The position numbers and the translations under genes were made by a program. The notes beneath the pieces are model-generated. The model searched no databases and had not been told where the DNA came from. It saw only the letters and a list, made by a program, of their open reading frames with translations. This document shows positions 56,461 through 64,000 of a stretch of 64,000 bases of DNA, one piece after another. The DNA is from the human T2T-CHM13v2.0 reference genome, Homo sapiens: assembly GCF_009914755.1 (NCBI RefSeq), contig NC_060933.1. The stretch is one strand, 5' to 3'. How positions within the stretch are numbered: the first letter of the stretch is position 1; every line of letters starts with the position of its first letter.

Positions 56461-57739
56461 TTCAAGTGAAGAAATGAATAAAAAATTCTGGTCTTGAAAT
56501 ACTTGGACTTGGCTGCATGTGATTTATACTATCTTATAATGCTACAAGATGCAGTGTGCATGCATATATCACATTATTTCTGGTGTAATCTGGAATTCCT
56601 TTAGCTAAATATTGAACTTCTAAGATTTTATAATGGTGATCAAGATTTTGGTAACAAATGTCTTGCTTTAAACCATTCCAGACTGGATGACAAGGACATT
56701 TATATGTGGAGCTATAGTTGATTTTGCAACAGGGAACCATAATTTTTGTTAATTCTGCTTAATGCTGTTGGCACGGTCATTTGTTTTCTTGTAGCGAAGA
56801 TTGAAAAAATTAAAATATATATTAAAATATATTTTGGATGTACACATTTATATCTGTTTATTTTTGTTGGAGAAAATATAGAGCTGTATTCAGAGGTAAT
56901 CTTTAGCTTCAACTCCATTTACTATTTCAAAAGTCATTCACAGTGTTAAATCACAATGTGCTTCCCTTTTCTTTTTTTGGCCTAAGCATTCTATGTTTCC
57001 CTGTTCTTTTTTGCCTGCCTTAATAAAATAGAATGTCAGTCCTCTAAGGATGACAATGCAGGGAGAATTAAAATATAGGTAGGATGGCCAGATTGGGCAA
57101 CTATAACGTAGGTCCAGCAGGGCTGTCCCCTCTGTGAAGGAATTACTCATTCCTTGGCCACATTCGAGGGGGCTAGATTTGCTTTTATTAATTGAACTAG
57201 CAGGTGACAGCAGTAGAGTAATACAGACTTATCTAATACAACACAAATAGAGGCTCAGAGATCCATCCCAGGGGGAGAGTCTCTATTACCAAATTTGGAG
57301 GATCCGGGCTTAGTATTCTTAGAGGAGCTAGTGGATTTTCTTGCTAGTATTACAGCTGGCTAGTATGTAAGTATTAGAAGGTTAGTTTCCTTAGAAATGA
57401 TCTAAAATAGGAATTATAGGCAAGAGAAGGAAAGGCTAACAAGGCTAACATGTACTTTTTAAAAATCCAGGTTTTTCTTATTTCCCAAGGTCATTGGGAA
57501 ATTCAAATCAGAACAAGATGTGAAATCACAATTCAAATAGTAAAGAATTAAACTAGCTGGTGACAAATAGATGTATATTATAGTCTGATTTAATAGTCAT
57601 AAATCCTAATATCTGGTTGGAAAGCTTTTTTGGCTTTGCTTGTAAAATGTGTTGTTTGTGTTTATTGCTGGAGTTAGGTCATGGTGTGGCTGCTAGGACT
57701 CTGGGTTCTCAAGTAAGAGGAAGCTTACATTCTTCACAA

Positions 57740-57890
57740 GCTTCCCCACAATGTGATCTTAAATGCTTTATCATGTTTGCTGTCTGAGATGTGATAAAAA
57801 TGCCCATATAGGGTTTGGTAAGGAGCACATGAATTAATATACGGAAAGCATTTAGAAAGTAGCTTGGCTCAGGCTAAGTGCTCAGAATTG
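57740..57890 (+). mobile_element. MIR SINE fragment
   Basis: ATAGGGTTTGGTAAGGAGCACATGAATTAATATACGGAAAGCATTTAGAA...TAAGTGCTCAG. Confidence 0.6.
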
Positions 57891-58559
57891 TTCTGTGTTA
57901 TTTACCATTAAGCAGATAGAATATTAAATATTTTCAACACTCATCCATAAAAGTCTTTGGTGCTAAAGAACCTTTGTAGTGCCTGGGTATTTTACTTCTA
58001 CGAAGACTTCAGCTGAGAAGCACTTCGTTCTGAATGGTGTTGATATTGAGGACAGTAGGCAGGGGAAAGGCATAACTTCAGCTCCCAAGAGAAAAACTCC
58101 ATGCACTTCTGTGCCTTGGTTAAAAAAAAAAAAATGATTAACTTATTCTATGGAAGGGATTAAAATACTCTGGAGAGCCAAGAAGTTTGATTGTCCACAG
58201 AGAGGAAGCCATATATCCCTGAACACACGTCTGTGGTCTGTCACAAACCAGGGTTGGAACTGCAGAACTCTTAGACACCGTTGTTCTGAGAGAGCGAGGA
58301 ATTGTGACTAGGGATTGCGAATGCAGCCTTAGGACATAGTTACACTCAGCTGTGTGGTGGTCCCAGTATTTCATTCTGTGGCACCTTGACTGGACATAGT
58401 GGCATTACATGTAGGAGGCAAATTCTCTCCAACATGAGGTGCTGAAACAACTTTCACACTTCTCAGTTCTTCTGCCCTGGTCTTCAGTTCCTCCGTGTCA
58501 CTTTTTTCTTTGTAGTATCAATAGACATCTTCAGGAAACTTTTGAATTACTTTTAAAGA

Positions 58560-59030
58560 TTTATGTTATAATAGATAACCAGACTTATAAATGATCTCTC
58601 AACTTTCCCTACTTTTATAGGTAAAGAAAGCAGGAAACTGTGACTAAATGAAGATCACAGAGCCAGTTGATCAGTGGGGAAGCTGCATCTGAAATCCAGG
58701 ACTTCTAGATCCTGGGTCAACTGGTAAGCAGAAAGATCTACTAGTAACATACTGGATTTATTAGATAATAATATGATGTTGATTATTAAGGCAGTAAATA
58801 TTTTTGAATACTTATTATATACCAGCCATTGTTTTAAGTGCTTTTTATTTACTAATTCATATAGTTCTTTTCATAAGACTATGAGGGAGGTATTATCATT
58901 ATTCCCATTTTACAGATGGATAAACTGACATATGGTGAGATTGAGTAACTTGCCCAAACTCACACAGGTGTTAAGTCACGTAACTAGGATTTGATTTCAT
59001 ATAATCCAACTCCTGAGTCCATCCTTTTAA
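58560..59030 (-). mobile_element. MIR3-like fragment (58560-58720) followed by near full-length MIR (58785-59030)
   Basis: ATTATCATTATTCCCATTTTACAGATGGATAAACTGAC...GTAACTTGCCCAAACTCACACAG. Confidence 0.8.
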
Positions 59031-62000
59031 GTACACAGATATGCTACATGTTATTTAATTCTGCCCACACATAGAATAACTTATTCCTATTAATCTGCTT
59101 TACTTTTAAAAAAAGTCTACATCTTTGGATTATTGATTAGAAACCAAAAATTCATCAAAAACCACACATGCCCATTTTATACCTTTCATATAGTTAGCTA
59201 TGTACACAGGAAACTTTTTTAAAAAATTAATCAGTTTCTGTGTATACGTTAAGATCTACCACATAGAGGGCGTTTCTCTGGGAAGGAGTGAGCAATACTC
59301 AGATTGTTAACATATTCTGGCCAATTAAGTTAACAAACAGTCATGCATAGAGTATCCACTTTTGAAAAAATATTGAAAGTTGAAATAAACTTGACACTCA
59401 ACTGTACTCATCATAATTCAACTTAATTTTAATTCTGATTTTGAGGGCATGGCGAGTTTTGTAATGGCCTCCAGTCTTCCCTATTAATGTAATTTTACAT
59501 TCCCAAGAAGGATGGATACAGAAGGGGTTAGCAATTAAACTGTCTTTAAATGATACTTCAGGAACTTGTGTATAAGTTATTTCATATGACTATATCCTGG
59601 GGGTCCACTTTTTCTATCTGTCACTTCCTTACATTAAAAATGCAAAAGGTGAAACAAATTTGAGTTATTTAAGCCAAGTGATCTGTTGGAGACCCTGACA
59701 TGAGAATTTACCTACACCTTTAATCTATACATATGCCACAGTGGGATTCACAAAAAGGGGAGAATAGTAGGAGATATTGTCTCAGTAATAAAAACATCAA
59801 ACTTCATAAATGATAGGATTTGCACATGAGAACTAAAAATTCTGAGTAACAACCAACATCTACCATCCACAAATTAGCAAGATAATATTTATGCTCCATA
59901 TCCCAATACAAAATATTTTATATGTGGAAATTTGGTTTTCCTTCCCCAGAGAGTATCCAGAGGTTATTATTTCTTTATTATTGTTGTAATTGTAATATTT
60001 TTACTCCCATTCCAAATACAAAACTCTCATTCAGCTCATCGTAATATAAAAAATGTCTGTGCAAAAATCCCATCTAAAGAGTTCTTTAGAAATTTGAATA
60101 AGATGCGTACTCTAATTTTGCTATAGAATTGGTTTTTTAAAAAATGAAATACTGAGCATGATCAAAAATAATTATTTTCTTTGCAGGAGTAGTAATGCTA
60201 AAAACTTGCTGTATTCTTGCAGATCTCAAAGTTTGACTCTATTCTTTATTTGGAATTTACCCTATAGCAAACTAAAAAATAACAATAGGGAACACACACA
60301 CACGGCACATATAGACAAAGAGACAACTTGCATTGAGGATCCAGTCATCCATCCCCGGAAGAGATGTGTAATCTATGTGTAACAATACTTAAATCAGCAC
60401 GACATTTACAACACATATTAAGTGGTTTGTTATTTATTTCGAGACTTTAATTGGCACAATATATTAACAGCATTGTTGTAAGGTTTCCACTGAAGGCTTT
60501 ATTTATTTTTTCCTAAAAAGAGAAAGAACAGGGAGAAAAGCAATCAACCAGTATTACACTGTTACCCCTGTTTTGTTATTCCTTTAGCCTGAATGAACTG
60601 TTAAAGTTGAAGGAAAAAAAAAACTAGCTTCAGAAACCATATTTTAGATTCAATCCAATTTTATTAAACCCAGAGCAGTGTTTTTTCTGCCATTCTAATA
60701 GAACCTATTATGAGATTTTTTTTTTCCCAGGGACAAAAACAACACCAACTTTCCCTCCCTAAGAGCTTCTTATTGTTCATTTTCGTTGCTATTTGGAGAA
60801 AAAGCTCATTAAAATATTATGAAGCGCATAGCATAATTACGTGCCAGCCTTTGCCAATGAGGAACATCTGTAGCACAGTGTATGTATATTTATATTACAG
60901 TAAACTTGAGTGCAGACTCTCTCTTTCACCCCCTTCTTTACTTTGCCTCTGTTCTGCAATTCTTTGTCCTGACTACAGAACCCGGCAAATGTGTGAAGCG
61001 CACAGGCTACAGTGAGCGCATTGTCAGCCTCTCGGGGCTCCAGCGCCAAATGTTATTATTCTATCATTAGCCTGTAGCTCACGCCAGGGTAAACTGTGCT
61101 CTGCTAAATGCCTCCAAACCTTTTTTGCTCTTTTTATTTCCCCAGTTATTTTTAAAATGTATCTTTTCCTTCGTTCGCTCTCTGGCACAGAAAGCTTTGC
61201 AAAGTGCATCCAACACACACCCAGTTCCCAAATTCGTGCTTCTCTTCCTTCTTTACATTATTCCACTTGCTTTAAAACCAAAGAACCTTGGGCATAATAA
61301 AAACATTGAGAGCTTGCCTATACCACAAATATTTGTGGAAAGCACATGGTGCCATTTTGCCAGACTACTCTTATTTGTTAAACTGAGTTAAGTGTAACGT
61401 GATTCCAAAAACTGCCTTTAGAATGAAAGAAAAGGCTTCTAAAGCCAGGGAGATAATTACCGCAATCTGGGTTACAGAAAATGCAAAACAAAGGAGCACA
61501 ATCCCACTTTGTGTGTGTGTTGTGTGTGCGTCTTTTTGTTTCGTTTTGTTTTGTTTTTTTTCTTTGTTGATGTACCCAAACATGTAAATATTCCATGGCG
61601 TGTGTTGTACGAAGATGGAAATCAACCCGAATCTTTCACAGACATAACAAAACATACTCTGTAGTGGACAGTGGCATGTTTGTGGTGGGAATATCTTTTT
61701 AGGAGGGAGGGCTTTCTGTCTGTCTTTTTCTCTCCCCATCTAGCACACACACACCCAGGAGTTGCAGTTGTCACTAGTTGCCAAGACTCTGACACCCAAC
61801 TACCCTTCACTTGAAACTGTCAATCCATTTTTGCACACATAAATAAACGTCGAGTTGCAAAGAATTAGGGTTCTAAAATATTTCATATGAATCCATAAAC
61901 ATGCTAAAGAATCTTCTAATTCCCCTCCCCCATGTTTTTTTTATGGCGATTATTATGCTATCAGTCTCCCTATTGTTGGGAAGGTTGTCCTCTGGGATAG

Positions 62001-64000
62001 TTTTGTAGACCGGACCGTTCTCAGTTTTCCTTTCTTTGTCTGCCAATTGTTTCTAGATTGAAACCACTTTCTGAGAGAGACAATTATTACCATACGTGTA
62101 TGTGTATGTAAATATTAATAATCATTGCATGTATGTATATTTATGCATACAAAAATAAACACTATCCCCACACATATTTCTCATTTTTTAAGTACTAGTT
62201 CTTGCTTCCATAAAACGATTTGTGTTCCCCAGTTTCTACTTCATAAAATGTACTTTATTAAAGAGAAAGAAAGCAAATCTTGTACATTTCCTTGTTTGAT
62301 GTTTAGAGTAAGTGAACCTTGCAGGTCTGAGCTAAGCTTTTTGGTATGTTTTAGCTGAGTCCAGATTATGGGCTGTAGGTTTCGAAACTAACATCATCCA
62401 GTTTTCTCAAAAACCGTCGTGGCAGTTCTCTCTTTAAATTTCATCTGGACTGTCTCTAAAAGCCCTAGCTGACCCCATCATGTCCTTCTTTTATTACTAA
62501 ACATGCTTCTTTCCACATGCACAATGACATGGTATTTTTCAGGGCAAAAGGCAAAAATATATTAGGGGTTTCTTTCCTTCCAGATGTAGACATCTTGTCA
62601 CCCGAAGAGCAACCAGAGGACGTAGAAAATGGACCTGATCTCAGATGAGACAAAATAGAGCATGTCACTAAGGTGCATGTAAGGATAAATCCATGCAGCT
62701 CTAGAAGCAGGATTTGGCAATAGAACTGTCCCATTGAGCCAAAAAGCCAGCCAGGGCATGGAAGCTTGTTATTATGGCTTGCTCTGTGAGTAAGACCCGC
62801 AGGGAGGATGTGAAGGCTGCTTAGTGGGAAGCCTGTTTAGAATATGGGGAAGTAAAAAATGAAATGGGTCTTGAAGGATTCCGAGTCTAATCAGGCTGTG
62901 GATATTCCTAACCTTCTTAAAATCTAAAAATAAAAAAAAAAGATAAAATTGCAATTATTTTTAATCCCCAAAGAAGATCATAGATCCCATCTTGAAATTC
63001 TGTTACATAAAAGACAGGTAGTTCTAAACATAGACATTTTTAAACTACCCATCAGAAACTGGGTGAGAAGCAGTGCATTGGAGTGAAAGTACAGGCAAGT
63101 GCTCATGATTAGAAATTAGCACCAGGCAGGTCATGAGGGAGCTAAGGTGAACCACATTCACAATTTTGGTTAAGAAAGCCTAAAATGCTAACTATCACTA
63201 TCTGAATGATGTTTAGCATTGTTGGCTCTTCTCTTCTGTGTCTTTCATTTTTGTTTCTAAACATAATTGAATTCTTTTTCTCTTCACTTAATATTAGAAT
63301 GAACTATGTGACATTTACAGTTTGGCATTTTTGACTTACAAAAATATAATTTATATAGTTCGGCCTAACAATTCTGATAATCTAATTTCTTGTGATTGTT
63401 AGAGTCAAGTATTACTTTTATTTTGTTTGTTTTGTTTCTTTTCCTCTGCTTCCACATTTAGTCATCCTTCATATTTTAATGCCTGTTGACATTTTGGAAA
63501 AGTGAGTATTTGGTTAAATGAAAAGAAACCATTTAAAACCTGTGTTTAATGTGCACTCTAAATTAGATCATTTTCCCTTCAATTCTATTCAGAGGGCCTC
63601 TGTATAGAGCTCAGTTTTCCAGATCATTTGGCTACTGCACATATTAGGGCCAGGATGTCATTTTGATGGCCTCAAGGCCTCTACTTCTCTTCAAGTTTTG
63701 AAAAAAGGGCAACTTGATTTTAAAAATAATCCATGTAAAATAATTAGGGTCAGAGAGACAAATGTGTTCATAAGCTCTATTCCAGAAAGTGATCCTTTCA
63801 TAAACTCAGTTCTCCCGAGGGTGGGGAAGGGAGTTTCCATAAAGTATTGTCCATATGCTTCCTAACGTGTGGGAAAGGGAAAGAATGGCTCTTTCCTCCT
63901 CTGTTCTCTAGGAGGGGTCATGCATTCTGGAAAATAATGCAGAGTGGTACAGGCTGAAGCGGAGCGGAGAGGACACTGTTTCAAGATTCCTGCGCCAGCT

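Noticed and set aside
59258-59273. CTCF-like CCACATAGAGGGCG
   Set aside because: The 5' half of the core does not fit the consensus spacing
59050-64000. Assigning a named neighbouring gene
   Set aside because: No exon or miRNA sequence I can recognise; any gene name would be a guess

Overview
AT-rich, CpG-depleted non-coding primate DNA (AluJ/S/Y, L1PA and THE1 are all present, so most likely human or hominoid). I recognise no host protein-coding exon, RNA gene or CRISPR array. Every long ORF in the track is decayed L1 ORF2, THE1 or Alu sequence, or a chance ORF. About 1-44 kb and 50-59 kb are ordinary retroelement and DNA-transposon debris: a full THE1 provirus, five L1PA pieces, about 12 Alus, MIR/L2/L3, MER3/5/45A/63/104, MLT1J and an LTR1 fragment. 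Two blocks (about 45.0-50.1 kb and 59-64 kb) have no recognisable Alu/L1/LTR and carry CpG patches and POU/SOX/E-box/homeobox motifs, as expected near a developmental-regulator locus. The gene cannot be named from sequence alone. I found no demonstrable new biological system. The most unusual items directly visible are: (1) a ~290-bp mosaic at 32.7-33.0 kb built from two donors 6.4 kb and 4 kb upstream, in non-colinear A-B-A' order; (2) a tailless 81-bp Alu 5' fragment with a 17-bp TSD; (3) a DUX4 site intact in only one THE1 LTR; (4) an internally deleted, apparently chimeric AluSp; (5) two non-repeat hairpins and a near-consensus OCT4-SOX2 composite motif. Repeat subfamily names come from my recall of consensus sequences, not from a search. 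Boundaries of old repeats are approximate.
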